Shown: positions 53,534 to 63,061 of the stretch, piece by piece
Layout: every line of letters begins with the position of its first letter
How positions within the stretch are numbered: the first letter of the stretch is position 1
Source: an uncultured Candidatus Saccharibacteria bacterium
GTDB lineage: Bacteria > Patescibacteriota > Minisyncoccia > Minisyncoccales > JAGGXC01
Assembly: GCA_964445905.1 (NCBI GenBank)
Contig: CAYUNN010000007.1
Location: 1 to 63,061 of the forward strand
Length of the DNA stretch: 63,061 nucleotides
Reading direction: 5' to 3'
Position numbers and translations under genes: made by a program
The notes under the pieces: model-generated
Told to the model about the DNA's origin: nothing
The model's database searches: none
Seen by the model: the letters and a program-made list of their open reading frames with translations, nothing else

Positions 53534-54772
53534 TTATTTCTCTAAAAAACTAAGAAGGTCTTTTGTCTTAACTAATTTTTTCTTTTCCTGATTTCTTTTC
53601 TTAACTTCGACTGATTTTTTATCTAATGTTTTTTTGCTAACTACGATTCTATAAGGAATCCCGATTAAATCACAATCAGCAAATTTCTCGCCAGGATTCT
53701 TTTCTTCTCTGTCATCATATATTACTTCTACTTTATTTTTTTGTAAAGTTTGATAAATTTTATCCGACTCTTTCTTAACTCCTTCTTCTAGGGCAATCAA
53801 GTGAACCGAAAAAGGAGCCATTTCTTTGGACCAGACAATGCCTTTACTGTCATGAGATATTTCTACTGCTGCTCCTATCAATCTTGGTAATCCTATGCCA
53901 TAACACCCCATGGTCACGAATTCTTTTTCTCCTTTTTTATTAGTAAATTTAAAATTAAAAGGCTCGGTATATCTTTCCTTCAATTTAAATATATTCCCTA
54001 CCTCAATAGCTCTTTTCCCTTCGGAAAGTTTTCCTCCGCATTCTGGGCAAGAATAATTTTCATTAATTATTTCTTTATTGACAGCAATCCCGCACTTTAG
54101 ACAAGTATGGATAGTGTCTTCTCCTGATTCCGTAACGGTCTGGAACTCATGAGAGTAATCAGAAAAAGTTCCTCCCGAAGCAAGAGTTAAATACGTATCC
54201 TCCGCAATTCCTAATCTCTTGAATATTTTAAAGTATGATTTTTTAACTTTTTCGTAATATTCGTTAAGATCTTCTTCTGATGAATGAAAAGAATAAAGAT
54301 CCTTCATTAAGAATTCTCTTGTTCTCAATATTCCTGATTTAGCCCTTAACTCATCCCTGAATTTATTCTGAATCTGAAAAACAGCAAAAGGAAGTTCCTT
54401 GTAAGAAGAAATTTGTTTTTTAACTAAGGGAACCACCACTTCTTCGTGCGTAGCTCCTAAAGCATATTTTAACCCCGTTCTTCCCTCTAATTTAAACAAA
54501 ACATCAAGCTCCTTCCACCTGTTTGTCTTCTCCAATATTTTTTTAGGAATAAGGGTCGGCATCAGTATTTCCTGAGCAGACAGACTCTCCATTTCCTCAG
54601 AGATAATCTTTCTGATTTTATCTAAGGTCATTAATCCCAGTGGCAAAAAAGTATAAACGCCAGAGGCTAATTTATCAATAAAGCCTGCCCTTATCAATAA
54701 TTGAGCGGCTTTACTTTCTTCGTCTCTGGGAGACTCTTTGATTGTTTTAGTAAAAAGTTTTGACTGTAACAT
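53534..54772 (-). CDS. proS: Prolyl-tRNA synthetase (short form without the INS editing domain, with a zinc-ribbon insertion)
   Basis: The N-terminus MLQSKLFTKTIKESPRDEESKAAQLLIRAGFI..LASGVY..LPLG is bacterial-type ProRS. Class II motifs are present, plus a CLKC..CPEC insertion. 412 aa. Confidence 0.8.
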   Translation of the reverse strand: MLQSKLFTKTIKESPRDEESKAAQLLIRAGFIDKLASGVYTFLPLGLMTLDKIRKIISEEMESLSAQEILMPTLIPKKILEKTNRWKELDVLFKLEGRTGLKYALGATHEEVVVPLVKKQISSYKELPFAVFQIQNKFRDELRAKSGILRTREFLMKDLYSFHSSEEDLNEYYEKVKKSYFKIFKRLGIAEDTYLTLASGGTFSDYSHEFQTVTESGEDTIHTCLKCGIAVNKEIINENYSCPECGGKLSEGKRAIEVGNIFKLKERYTEPFNFKFTNKKGEKEFVTMGCYGIGLPRLIGAAVEISHDSKGIVWSKEMAPFSVHLIALEEGVKKESDKIYQTLQKNKVEVIYDDREEKNPGEKFADCDLIGIPYRIVVSKKTLDKKSVEVKKRNQEKKKLVKTKDLLSFLEK

Positions 54773-56686
54773 TTATTTTACTGTTTTCTTAAGTTCCTCT
54801 ACAACTTCTGGGTTAGCCAAAGTGGACAAATCTCCCATTTCACCTCCTACAAAAAGATTCCTTAATATTCTTCTCATAATTTTACCCGATCTTGTTTTGG
54901 GCAGATCCTCAACAATATACGCTGCTTTAGGCAGAGCGGTCGGACCTATTTCCTTTTTAATTCTATCAACGATTATCTTTTCAATTTCTTTTTGTGATTT
55001 TTTCTCTTTCAAAACAACAAAAGCTATCGGAACCTCTCCTTTTATCTCATCCGGAATTCCAATAACAGCAGATTCGTTGATAGCAGGACTATGATTAATA
55101 GCATCTTCTAGCTCTCCCGTGCTCATTCTATGACCAGCTACCTTTAAAACGTCGTCTACCCTGCCAACAATTCTTATCAGTCCGTTTTCGTCTTTAACGG
55201 CTGAGTCAGAAGTAAAGTAAATTTCTTTACCGTGTTCACTCCAATAAGTGCTTAAATATTTTTTAGGATTTTTGTAAATTCCCCTTAACAATGAAGGAGC
55301 AAAAGGAGGAAGCAAAACAAGATCTCCTTCCACGCCCTTTTTAACTGACTTTCCTTTTTCGTTTAAAATATCTACTCTAATTCCAGGAAAGGGCAATCCC
55401 GTATGAGATGGCTTAAACGGACCAATTCCCGGCAAAGAAGTCATTAAAATTCCTCCTGTTTCTGTCTGCCACCAAGTATCAACAATGGGACATTTTTTCT
55501 TTCCAATTTTTTCAAAATACCAATTCCAAGCAGATTCATCAATTGGTTCCCCTACCGAACCCAACAATCTTAGATTCTCGAATTTATGTCCCCGAAGAAC
55601 GCTTTCTCCTTGCTTCTTAAACATTCTTACCGCAGTCGGAGCAGTATAGAATATAGTTACTCCATACTTATCAATAATTTCAGCCCATCTGTCTGGTTTG
55701 GGCCAATCGGGAGCTCCTTCAAAAAGAAGATAAGTGGCTCCATTCAACAAGGGAGAATAACAGCTATAAGTATGACCAGTAATCCAACCCATGTCAGAAG
55801 TAGACCAGAAAATGTCAGTATCCTTCCAGTCAAATATTAGTTTCCCTGTCCATAAAGATTGAACGCTATAACCTCCACAAGCGTGAACACAACCTTTTGG
55901 CTTACCAGTACTTCCGGAAGTATAGAGAATAAAGATCGGATCCTCGGCATCCATAACTGCTGGTTTGCAGTGCTCTGATTGTCCTTTAATCACATCTTCC
56001 CACCAATTATCTCTGTTCTTTTTCCATGGAATTTTATTCCCAGTTCTCCTAACAACAATTACATTTTTAACGTCAGTATTTTTTAATCCTTGATCTGCTT
56101 TTTCTTTAAGAGGAACAATACCTCCTCTTCTGTAATAACCATCCGAAGTAATTAGAACTTTAGCACTGGCATCTTGCAATCTTACCTTTAGGGCATCAGC
56201 ACTATAAGCAGAAAAAACTACCGAATGAATGGCACCTATTCTCGCACAGGCAAGCATAGCAATAACAACTTCGGGAATCATCGGCAAATAAATTCCTACT
56301 TTATCTCCTTTTTTAACCCCTAGCTTCTTTAATCCGTTAGCAAATTTATTTACCTCTTTATAGAGATCGTAATAAGTAAAAACTCTGGCTCTTTCTTCTT
56401 CAGGTTCAGGTTCCCAGATAAAAGCAACTTTGTTCTTTCTCTTCTCTAAATTCTTTTCAAGAATGCTATAAGTAATATTCAGTTTGCCTCCTTTAAACCA
56501 TTTGAAATAAGGGGGTTTGTGCTCAAAAACTTTATTCCATTTCTTAAACCAAACAATTTCTTCAGCCAGGTCTGCCCAAAATCCTTCCGGATCTTTGTTA
56601 GCTTCCTTATAAACTTTTCCTTTATTAGCCCAAGCCTGTTCTTTAAATTCTTTTGTAGGATAATAGAGTTTTCCTTTTTTCTTCAT
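54773..56686 (-). CDS. acs: Acetyl-CoA synthetase
   Basis: YTSGSTGKPKG, WWQTETGG, and C-terminal LPKTRSGKIMRR. Confidence 0.92.
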   Translation of the reverse strand: MKKKGKLYYPTKEFKEQAWANKGKVYKEANKDPEGFWADLAEEIVWFKKWNKVFEHKPPYFKWFKGGKLNITYSILEKNLEKRKNKVAFIWEPEPEEERARVFTYYDLYKEVNKFANGLKKLGVKKGDKVGIYLPMIPEVVIAMLACARIGAIHSVVFSAYSADALKVRLQDASAKVLITSDGYYRRGGIVPLKEKADQGLKNTDVKNVIVVRRTGNKIPWKKNRDNWWEDVIKGQSEHCKPAVMDAEDPIFILYTSGSTGKPKGCVHACGGYSVQSLWTGKLIFDWKDTDIFWSTSDMGWITGHTYSCYSPLLNGATYLLFEGAPDWPKPDRWAEIIDKYGVTIFYTAPTAVRMFKKQGESVLRGHKFENLRLLGSVGEPIDESAWNWYFEKIGKKKCPIVDTWWQTETGGILMTSLPGIGPFKPSHTGLPFPGIRVDILNEKGKSVKKGVEGDLVLLPPFAPSLLRGIYKNPKKYLSTYWSEHGKEIYFTSDSAVKDENGLIRIVGRVDDVLKVAGHRMSTGELEDAINHSPAINESAVIGIPDEIKGEVPIAFVVLKEKKSQKEIEKIIVDRIKKEIGPTALPKAAYIVEDLPKTRSGKIMRRILRNLFVGGEMGDLSTLANPEVVEELKKTVK

Positions 56687-56765
56687 AAATTAGTGATTTT
56701 ATTTTATTTATTTAATTAATATATTTTAGCAGAAAGACCTTATTAAATAAAGTTAATAAATAATG

Positions 56766-56790
56766 AACGCCGCTCAAGAAAGGCGGCGTT
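56766..56790. terminator. Hairpin downstream of gap
   Basis: aacgccgc / gcggcgtt 8-bp stem with a 9-nt loop. The U-run is weak. Confidence 0.4.
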
Positions 56791-56810
56791 TTAACTATAA
56801 AGAAAATAAT

Positions 56811-57830
56811 TTATATCTTCTTTCCAATAAACTCAATAAAGTCAGCAAATCTGGAAGCATAGCCCCACTCATTGTCATACCAGGAAAGAACCTTAACCAT
56901 GTTATCAATAACACTGGTAGATTCTAAATCAACAATAGAACAATAAGAATTGCCTATATAGTCAGAAGAAACCAAAGGTTTTTCTTCTACCGCTAACGCT
57001 CCTTTAAAAATATCCTTTTTGGCTGCTTTTTTAAAAGCAGAGTTAATTTCTTCAACGGAAACTTTTTTTTCTAATTCACAAACTAAATCAACAATAGAAA
57101 CAGTTGGTGTCGGAACTCTTAATGACATTCCGTCTAACTTTCCATCAACTTCAGGAATTACCTTTCCTATTGCTTTAGCCGCTCCAGTAGTGGTTGGAAT
57201 AATATTTTCTGCTGCAGCTCTTGCTCTTCTTAAATCTTTATGAGGTAAGTCCAAGATATTTTGAGTAGTAGTATAGCTATGAACAGTAGTCATAAAACCC
57301 CTTACAAGGCCGAACTCATCGTTCAGTAATTTGGTTATAGGGGCCAAACAATTAGTTGTACAAGAACCCATGTCACAAATTAAATCTTTCTTTGGGTCAA
57401 ATTTATCATCATTTATTCCTAAAAGATAGGAAGGAATTCCATCGCCCTTTCCCGGAGCAGAAATTACCACTCTTTTAGCACCTGCTTTTAAATGCTTCTG
57501 AGCTCCTTCTTTGTCTCTGAAAGCACCTGTACATTCTAAAACAACATCTACATCTAAATCTTTCCAGGGAAGTTTTTCCGGATCTTTCTCAGAAAAAACA
57601 TTAATTTTTACCTTTCTTCCTTTCTTTTCTATTAACAACTTATCTTTTGTTATAGAAACATCATGATCATAAATACCGTAAACAGTATCATATTTAAAAA
57701 GATGAGCCAGGGTTTCTGTATCGGTTAAATCATTAATAGCTACTACCTCCAATTTAGGATGTTTAGCTATAATATTTTTTAAAACAATGCGCCCAATTCG
57801 GCCAAAACCATTAATAGCAACTTTAGTCAT
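56811..57830 (-). CDS. gap: Glyceraldehyde-3-phosphate dehydrogenase
   Basis: INGFGRIGR, the SCTTNCLAP active site, WYDNEWGY. Confidence 0.95.
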   Translation of the reverse strand: MTKVAINGFGRIGRIVLKNIIAKHPKLEVVAINDLTDTETLAHLFKYDTVYGIYDHDVSITKDKLLIEKKGRKVKINVFSEKDPEKLPWKDLDVDVVLECTGAFRDKEGAQKHLKAGAKRVVISAPGKGDGIPSYLLGINDDKFDPKKDLICDMGSCTTNCLAPITKLLNDEFGLVRGFMTTVHSYTTTQNILDLPHKDLRRARAAAENIIPTTTGAAKAIGKVIPEVDGKLDGMSLRVPTPTVSIVDLVCELEKKVSVEEINSAFKKAAKKDIFKGALAVEEKPLVSSDYIGNSYCSIVDLESTSVIDNMVKVLSWYDNEWGYASRFADFIEFIGKKI

Positions 57831-57853
57831 AATTTTATTATTTTATTAATTTA

Positions 57854-58093
57854 TTATTCTTCAATATTTAAAAGTTTTGATATTTTCCCTCTATCAAAAC
57901 CAATAATAATTTCTCCGTCAATTTCAGCCACAGGAACTCCCATTTGACCTGATTTTTCAATCATTTCTTCCTGGGCTTCTTTATTCTCTGAGACATCAAT
58001 CTCTTCAAATTCAACGTTATGTTTTTCAAGAAATTGTTTTAGAGTAACACAATAAGGACAAAATTTAGTAGAATATACTTTTACTTTAGCCAT
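57854..58093 (-). CDS. Glutaredoxin-like protein (NrdH/YruB-type)
   Basis: 79 aa with a CPYC redox motif and GVPV...I.G. Confidence 0.75.
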   Translation of the reverse strand: MAKVKVYSTKFCPYCVTLKQFLEKHNVEFEEIDVSENKEAQEEMIEKSGQMGVPVAEIDGEIIIGFDRGKISKLLNIEE

Positions 58094-58114
58094 ATAGTCA
58101 ATATGTATTAAATT

Positions 58115-59005
58115 TTATTTTTTAAACAAGAGAGCTGCGCCAATCGCACCAGAAAACTCTCCTAGTTCCGTAATTCTTATTTTAGCAAACTTCTTAGATT
58201 CTGTTAAGAAAACTCTTTCTTTTAATTCCTTGCGAAGTGGTTTAAGGATAAGGGAGCTGGTTTTTGAATAACCCCCTCCAATAACTATTATTTCAGGATC
58301 CAAAACATTAATTGCGCTTGCTAATCCAATCGCCAGATTTCTGGCAAACTCTTCATACAAATATTTAGCTTTTCTGCTCCCCTTTTTCGCTTTCTTTTCA
58401 ATTTCTATTGAAGAAAGAGAAGTTTTTCTCTTGAAGAATTTTTCAGAAGCATAAACCTCAAAACATCCTTTTTTCCCGCAACTGCAATCAAAACCCCTAT
58501 AATCAAAAACTGTATGCCCTATTTCTCCCGCCCTGCCAAAAGCACCTTCATAAATTTCACACTTGTCTCCTTTTTTAAATACGATCCCCCCTCCTATTCC
58601 AGTACCGATAGTAATTCCTAGGACAATGGAACATCCTTTCGCTGCCCCCATTATTGACTCAGCTAAAGCAAAACAATTGCTATCATTTTCCAGCTTTGTT
58701 TCAATTCCAAGATCTCTCTTGATGAACTTTGCCAAAGGAAAATTATCAAGATCTTCTAGGTTGGGAGGGGCTAAAATTATTTCTTTTTTACTATCTAGAA
58801 GAGACGGAACTCCTATTCCAATTCCAATAATTTCTGAATCAGAAATACCTTCTGTTAGAATTCTAATATTCTTCTCAATTACCACAACAATTTCTTCTTT
58901 TGTTTGAGGAGTTAAAACTTTTTTTATTTTTTCTTTCTGCCAGTTATTCAATAAAGCAAAGTTTATCTTAGTTCCTCCGATGTCAACGCCGATAGAATAA
59001 CTCAT
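58115..59005 (-). CDS. ROK-family glucokinase
   Basis: GVDIGGTK, ENDSNCFALAE, GIGGGIV, and the CSCGKKGCFE zinc motif. Confidence 0.85.
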   Translation of the reverse strand: MSYSIGVDIGGTKINFALLNNWQKEKIKKVLTPQTKEEIVVVIEKNIRILTEGISDSEIIGIGIGVPSLLDSKKEIILAPPNLEDLDNFPLAKFIKRDLGIETKLENDSNCFALAESIMGAAKGCSIVLGITIGTGIGGGIVFKKGDKCEIYEGAFGRAGEIGHTVFDYRGFDCSCGKKGCFEVYASEKFFKRKTSLSSIEIEKKAKKGSRKAKYLYEEFARNLAIGLASAINVLDPEIIVIGGGYSKTSSLILKPLRKELKERVFLTESKKFAKIRITELGEFSGAIGAALLFKK

Positions 59006-59096
59006 ATAATTTTATTTTATCATATTTTTAAAATAACTCCCATCTTTTAAAAGAAAAAAAAGATGATAGAATAAAATAAAAGAAAACATAAAAACC

Positions 59097-59867
59097 ATGG
59101 AAGAAAAAATAGAGAGTCAAAGAAAAAAATTAATTAATGCAATGAAAGAAAGCACTAAGTCGGTCAGAATGATGCTGATTGGTTTTATTTTTATCTCTGC
59201 TATTATCAAGTTCCTCTTAGGAATGCCCTTTTCTTATAACGTTTTTTTGGCACTAATAATATGGCTTCTTGCAAGTTTTCCTTTTTTTAGGATCAGCGAA
59301 AAAACAAAAACCATATCAAGAATAAATAATATCCATTTCTTATGGATTATTTTCGAATTATTGCTGCTAACAATTATTATTTATTATATAGGAGGCATAA
59401 CATGGATAGGACCTATTCTCTACGTTTTCTTTCCTGTTTACGAAACATTCCTTTTTGGAAACAAGCAAAAAATAGCAATGATTACTTTAACCATTGCCTT
59501 CTTGGTCGGACTGGGATCTTTACAATATTTAGAAATTATTAACCCTCACATTATTTTTCCAGGAATTAATATTTACGAAGGAAATTATTTTTACATCACC
59601 TTGCTTCTTGAAATAGGAATAATTATCTTTACTACAGTAGCTTCTTCCATGTTTAGAAAAGAATTTGAAGATAAAATAAAAGAACTTAATCTTACTTATA
59701 AAGAAAAGGAGAGAACAAGAGATAATTTAAAAAAGAAAGAAAAAGAATTAAATAAAAGAGTTAAAGAACTGGAAAAATTTTACAGATTAACCGTTGGGCG
59801 AGAAAACAAGATGATAGAATTAAAAAAAGAAATAAAGGAACTTAAAAAAAGATTGGTAAGCGAATAA
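59097..59867 (+). CDS. Hypothetical polytopic membrane protein with a C-terminal coiled coil
   Basis: 5-6 TM helices followed by a Lys/Glu-rich heptad region. One of the few plus-strand genes in the window. Confidence 0.5.
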   Translation: MEEKIESQRKKLINAMKESTKSVRMMLIGFIFISAIIKFLLGMPFSYNVFLALIIWLLASFPFFRISEKTKTISRINNIHFLWIIFELLLLTIIIYYIGGITWIGPILYVFFPVYETFLFGNKQKIAMITLTIAFLVGLGSLQYLEIINPHIIFPGINIYEGNYFYITLLLEIGIIIFTTVASSMFRKEFEDKIKELNLTYKEKERTRDNLKKKEKELNKRVKELEKFYRLTVGRENKMIELKKEIKELKKRLVSE

Positions 59868-59893
59868 GAACAGAAATATTTTTAAAAAAACTA

Positions 59894-59919
59894 AAAACGC
59901 AGTTTCAAAACTGCGTTTT
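59894..59919. terminator. Bidirectional terminator between convergent genes
   Basis: aaaacgcag-tttcaaaa-ctgcgtttt hairpin with flanking A and T runs. Confidence 0.7.
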
Positions 59920-59944
59920 CTTATATATAAATATTTAACAAATG

Positions 59945-61009
59945 TTACTCGCAACTTCCGTCATTAGATCCACCGGTTCCTTCTCCGAAATTAGGTACCG
60001 GAGCTTGGCTTGATAATACCTGAGAACATTCTTCTGGAGGATTATTAAACGCCTGACAAATAACATTTTTATATCCTTCTGGGGTTCTCTGGAACTCAGA
60101 GATAACCACATATCTGGGAGGAGCATATTCTGGCTGCGGAGTAGAAGAAAGAATAACCGTATCATTAATTACAAGGGTTGGGGAACCGCTCACTCCAAGA
60201 CTATTATTTAAATAACTGTGAACATCAAATTTGGGATATACTCCGTTTAACCATGTAGATTTATCATTATACTTTTTTGTTATTCCATACTCTTGATCAG
60301 TTGCTGAAATACAAGAGGAAATTCTATTTTTATCTATTCCTGTTTGGCTTAAGCAGCTATCTGAATTACCGCTCAAGGTAAAGCAATTTAAATAACTAGC
60401 ATATTTGTCTTTTAACTCTTCTTGAATACAATATTGGACTAAATTCTCATCAATCTCTTTTTCCCCATGCATAATATAGTTAACGAAATAAACTCCGATA
60501 TCAGCTTTTTCTCCCAGCAAATCATAAGAAGGAAGCATTGTTTTTTGAGACTGAAGACCAAAAGGACAATAAGACATTACAAATAATTTAACATTCGGTC
60601 TATCTGTTTTCTGTATTTCTCCCCCGGCCATTGGTTTTTCTTTCCCATCTTCATCTATATTTATTCCTTGAACAAATAAAAGCCTGCCATCCTGACTGAC
60701 ATAAGATTCAAACTCTTCGTTCTCAATTTTAAACTTTATCTTATAAACCCCGTTCTCGTTAATTGCATCAATCAAAGAAGCAGTTACTCCTTCAACTAAA
60801 AGATTATCGTTAATAAAATTAACGGCTCTTTCTCCTGCTTCACTAGAAGACAAGACTCTTTCAATGTCATTGTCAAAATCATTTCTCATAATAACAACCA
60901 GAGCTGCACCAATTATTATCCCCGCTATAATAATGCCGAGACTTATTGAATTAATATTCTCTTTCTTAAATATATTTTTTGGTGAAATTTTTTTAAAATC
61001 CCATTTCAT
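59945..61009 (-). CDS. Signal-anchored thioredoxin-fold (DsbA-like) protein
   Basis: TM anchor; VMSYCPFG at the CxxC position (single Cys) and the C-terminal VSGSPTLVIND, which is DsbA-like. Confidence 0.5.
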   Translation of the reverse strand: MKWDFKKISPKNIFKKENINSISLGIIIAGIIIGAALVVIMRNDFDNDIERVLSSSEAGERAVNFINDNLLVEGVTASLIDAINENGVYKIKFKIENEEFESYVSQDGRLLFVQGINIDEDGKEKPMAGGEIQKTDRPNVKLFVMSYCPFGLQSQKTMLPSYDLLGEKADIGVYFVNYIMHGEKEIDENLVQYCIQEELKDKYASYLNCFTLSGNSDSCLSQTGIDKNRISSCISATDQEYGITKKYNDKSTWLNGVYPKFDVHSYLNNSLGVSGSPTLVINDTVILSSTPQPEYAPPRYVVISEFQRTPEGYKNVICQAFNNPPEECSQVLSSQAPVPNFGEGTGGSNDGSCE

Positions 61010-61019
61010 ATTAATTTTT

Positions 61020-62222
61020 TTATTTTTTATAAAACCTTAAAATCTTCTCCATGAGATCATCTTGTTTAAACTTACCCAAGCTTCCTTTTTGGCATTCTTT
61101 TTCGCAAAAAGAACCTATACTATCCTTTTCTGCCCCACTTAGCAGGAAAGGAATTGGTTCATTGCAATGATCTTTTTGCTTAGAGCAAGTTGAATGATCT
61201 CCAGTAATTACAATTAAAGTGTTTTTTAATCCTATCAGAGATTTAATATATTTGTCAATCTTCTCAATAAACTTCTTTTTATTTTCAAAATCTCCGTCAT
61301 GAGCGAAAGTATCTGTTGCTTTTATGTGTAAAAAAACAAAATCATGATCTTTTAAACCTCTTTTTGCTCCTCTGATTTTTCCTTCAAGGTCAGTATTAGC
61401 AAGACCAGTAGCTCCTTTCACTTCAATTTCTTCCATTCCCAATATTCTTGCCACTCCTTTGTAAAGAGTGCCACCAGCTATAAAGGCAGCATTGAGATTG
61501 TATTTTTCTTTAAAGCTCGGCATCTCTCCCATTTTCCCCGCTCCCCTGACTAAAAGATAATTAGCAGCAATTAATCCTTCGTCTCTTCTGTCTTTGTTCA
61601 ACGGATGATTTTCTAGAACATTATAAGACCAATCAAGGAATCTATTTAAAACTCTGGCAGTAAATTTAGCTTCTTCTGATTCGTCTAAAGATTCTATCTT
61701 ACTTACCTTTTTTCCTACCTCGTGAGAGTCTCCATCAGAAATTTTTGCCGACAAGCTTATTTCCTCTTGAGCACGCATAACTAAAACTCCTCTATGCCCA
61801 AAAGAACTTTTTAAAATAAACTGAACCCCGTCTATTTCTTTTCCAGATAAAGTTTCTGAAAAAGGTTCTGTTTCGTCAATCCTCCCCGCCCTTCTGTCGA
61901 TTATTTTTAAATTATCGTCTACCGTGCCGAAATTAACTCTTAAGGCAACATCCCCTTTGTTCATTTCAACTCCAGCTCCAGCTGCTTCATAAGGGCCTCT
62001 TCCAAGAAAATAATCTTTGTAACCGAATAAGGATACATGAGCACCTTCAGAAGTAGGACTATTCTCTCCCGGAAAAAGATAAGGAATCACCAGGCCACAC
62101 GCTCCTTCTTCTGCCAGCTTATCCATATTAGGAGTATGGGCTGCCTCAAGGGGAGTTTTATCTCCTAATTCAGGAATAGAACTATCCCCTAGCCCATCAA
62201 GAATAATTAGAAGTGTTTTCAT
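61020..62222 (-). CDS. apgM: Cofactor-independent phosphoglycerate mutase, archaeal type
   Basis: LIILDGLGD, TPNMD, and metalloenzyme motifs (DTFAHDGD, TGDHST). ~400 aa. Confidence 0.82.
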   Translation of the reverse strand: MKTLLIILDGLGDSSIPELGDKTPLEAAHTPNMDKLAEEGACGLVIPYLFPGENSPTSEGAHVSLFGYKDYFLGRGPYEAAGAGVEMNKGDVALRVNFGTVDDNLKIIDRRAGRIDETEPFSETLSGKEIDGVQFILKSSFGHRGVLVMRAQEEISLSAKISDGDSHEVGKKVSKIESLDESEEAKFTARVLNRFLDWSYNVLENHPLNKDRRDEGLIAANYLLVRGAGKMGEMPSFKEKYNLNAAFIAGGTLYKGVARILGMEEIEVKGATGLANTDLEGKIRGAKRGLKDHDFVFLHIKATDTFAHDGDFENKKKFIEKIDKYIKSLIGLKNTLIVITGDHSTCSKQKDHCNEPIPFLLSGAEKDSIGSFCEKECQKGSLGKFKQDDLMEKILRFYKK

Positions 62223-63061
62223 AAAAATTCTATTTTAATTTTAATATTTTCTTTTATCTCTATTCCTTCTTTAGTTTTCCCAAACTTTATTTCTTTAATA
62301 CCATTAACTTCTTTCAAGTCTTTAGTAAATTTATTAATTTTCTCTTTAGAAGAATCGTCGCAATCAATAACCAGTTCCTTAATTTCTTTTTTAAGAGACA
62401 ATCCTTTTTCAGATTTTTCTTTTCTTACAGCAGAAGTTAAATCAACTAAAAGTTTTCCCAATTCTTCTGACTCTTTATTAATTTCTTTAATCTCCGGCCA
62501 CAAACAAAGATGAATACTATTTTCCCCTTCTTTCTCCTTGAAATAAAGCTGATATATTTCTTCTGTAATGTGAGGAATATATGGGGCAAAAAGTTTAAGG
62601 ACAGAAATAAGAACAAAATAGAGAGTTTGCTTTGCCGATTCTTTTATTGCCTCATCCTCTTCTCCATACAAGCGCCATTTAATCAATTCCAGATAATTAT
62701 CACAAAAATCATTCCAAAAGAAATTCTCTATTAAATTCTTTGCTTTAGCATACTCATATTTCTCTAAACTTTCTTTTGCTCCTCTGGTAGTTTCAGCTAG
62801 TTTTGCAATAATCCATTGATCAACTAGATAATCCCCTGTTTTCTTCTTCTCAAAATTTTCTAAATGAGACAGGGCAAAACGACTGGCATTCCAGAGTTTT
62901 GTCATTAACCGATGGCTCTTCTTGATTTCTTTTTCTTCGAATCTAATATTCCTCCCCAAAGAAGAGCTAGCAGCCCAATACCTTAGAGCATCAACCGGAT
63001 ACTTATCAAGCATTTCTTTCGGCTTAATAACGTTCCCTTTAGATTTAGACATCTTCTCTCC
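62219..63061 (-). CDS. valS: Valyl-tRNA synthetase, C-terminal part (gene continues beyond the window end)
   Basis: (E)KMSKSKGNVI, DALRYW, KLWNASRF, FCDNYLELIK. The reading frame is open to the window edge. Confidence 0.85.
   Translation of the reverse strand, partial: GEKMSKSKGNVIKPKEMLDKYPVDALRYWAASSSLGRNIRFEEKEIKKSHRLMTKLWNASRFALSHLENFEKKKTGDYLVDQWIIAKLAETTRGAKESLEKYEYAKAKNLIENFFWNDFCDNYLELIKWRLYGEEDEAIKESAKQTLYFVLISVLKLFAPYIPHITEEIYQLYFKEKEGENSIHLCLWPEIKEINKESEELGKLLVDLTSAVRKEKSEKGLSLKKEIKELVIDCDDSSKEKINKFTKDLKEVNGIKEIKFGKTKEGIEIKENIKIKIEFL

Noticed and set aside
59935-60165. 76-aa minus-strand ORF
   Set aside because: It is an alternative frame inside the 3' end of the 354-aa DsbA-like gene. 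The longer frame has recognisable thioredoxin-fold motifs.
59945-61009. DsbA-like protein with CPFG instead of a CxxC active site
   Set aside because: A single-Cys variant may simply be a lineage feature or a different thioredoxin-fold subfamily. Without alignments I cannot argue that it is unusual.
61020-62222. Archaeal-type phosphoglycerate mutase as evidence of recent horizontal transfer
   Set aside because: This enzyme type is common in small-genome candidate-phyla bacteria. It also sits in an ordinary housekeeping context with no flanking repeats.

Overview
This is an AT-rich, very gene-dense bacterial chromosome segment, almost entirely transcribed on the minus strand. Its gene content looks like a small-genome CPR/Patescibacteria-type organism (inference): a short dnaX, archaeal-type apgM, several type IV pilins, a dcw cluster that stops after ftsI, and no rplA after rplK or rpmA after rplU at these loci. 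Most of the window is housekeeping: dnaX, cysS, dnaB, recR, rplU, rmuC, mraZ-rsmH-ftsL-ftsI, a dcd/thyX-like/glyA/folD thymidylate operon, secE-nusG-rplK, gyrB, pheST, gatCA, mreB, proS, acs, gap, glucokinase, apgM and partial valS. There are five tRNAs: Gln, Glu, Asp and two with CAU anticodons. Two regions are accessory. (1) At 95-1716, a large serine recombinase gene is enclosed by near-perfect 58-bp inverted repeats and abuts tRNA-Gln. (2) At about 40.5-50.2 kb lies a mosaic region next to tRNA-Asp. It holds four copies of a repeat derived from the tRNA-Asp 3' end, two type IV pilin genes (one composite), a frameshifted HNH nuclease remnant and a LAGLIDADG endonuclease wedged between tRNA genes. 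It also holds a 5.8-kb cassette bounded by 59-bp direct repeats that encodes pilin + GT4 glycosyltransferase + STT3/AglB-type oligosaccharyltransferase (WWDYG and DK motifs) + Alg7/AglH-type GlcNAc-1-P transferase. This is an archaeal/eukaryotic-style N-glycosylation module coupled to a pilin, and it is the top candidate for a novel system. Smaller oddities are a poly-Asp/Glu leader ORF plus terminator in front of a P-type ATPase, a 17-bp tandem duplication splitting a GerMN-domain gene, a Mur-ligase-like remnant, and a membrane-anchored Clp ATPase with a degenerate first nucleotide-binding domain. All calls come from reading translations and hand alignment; no database search was run.
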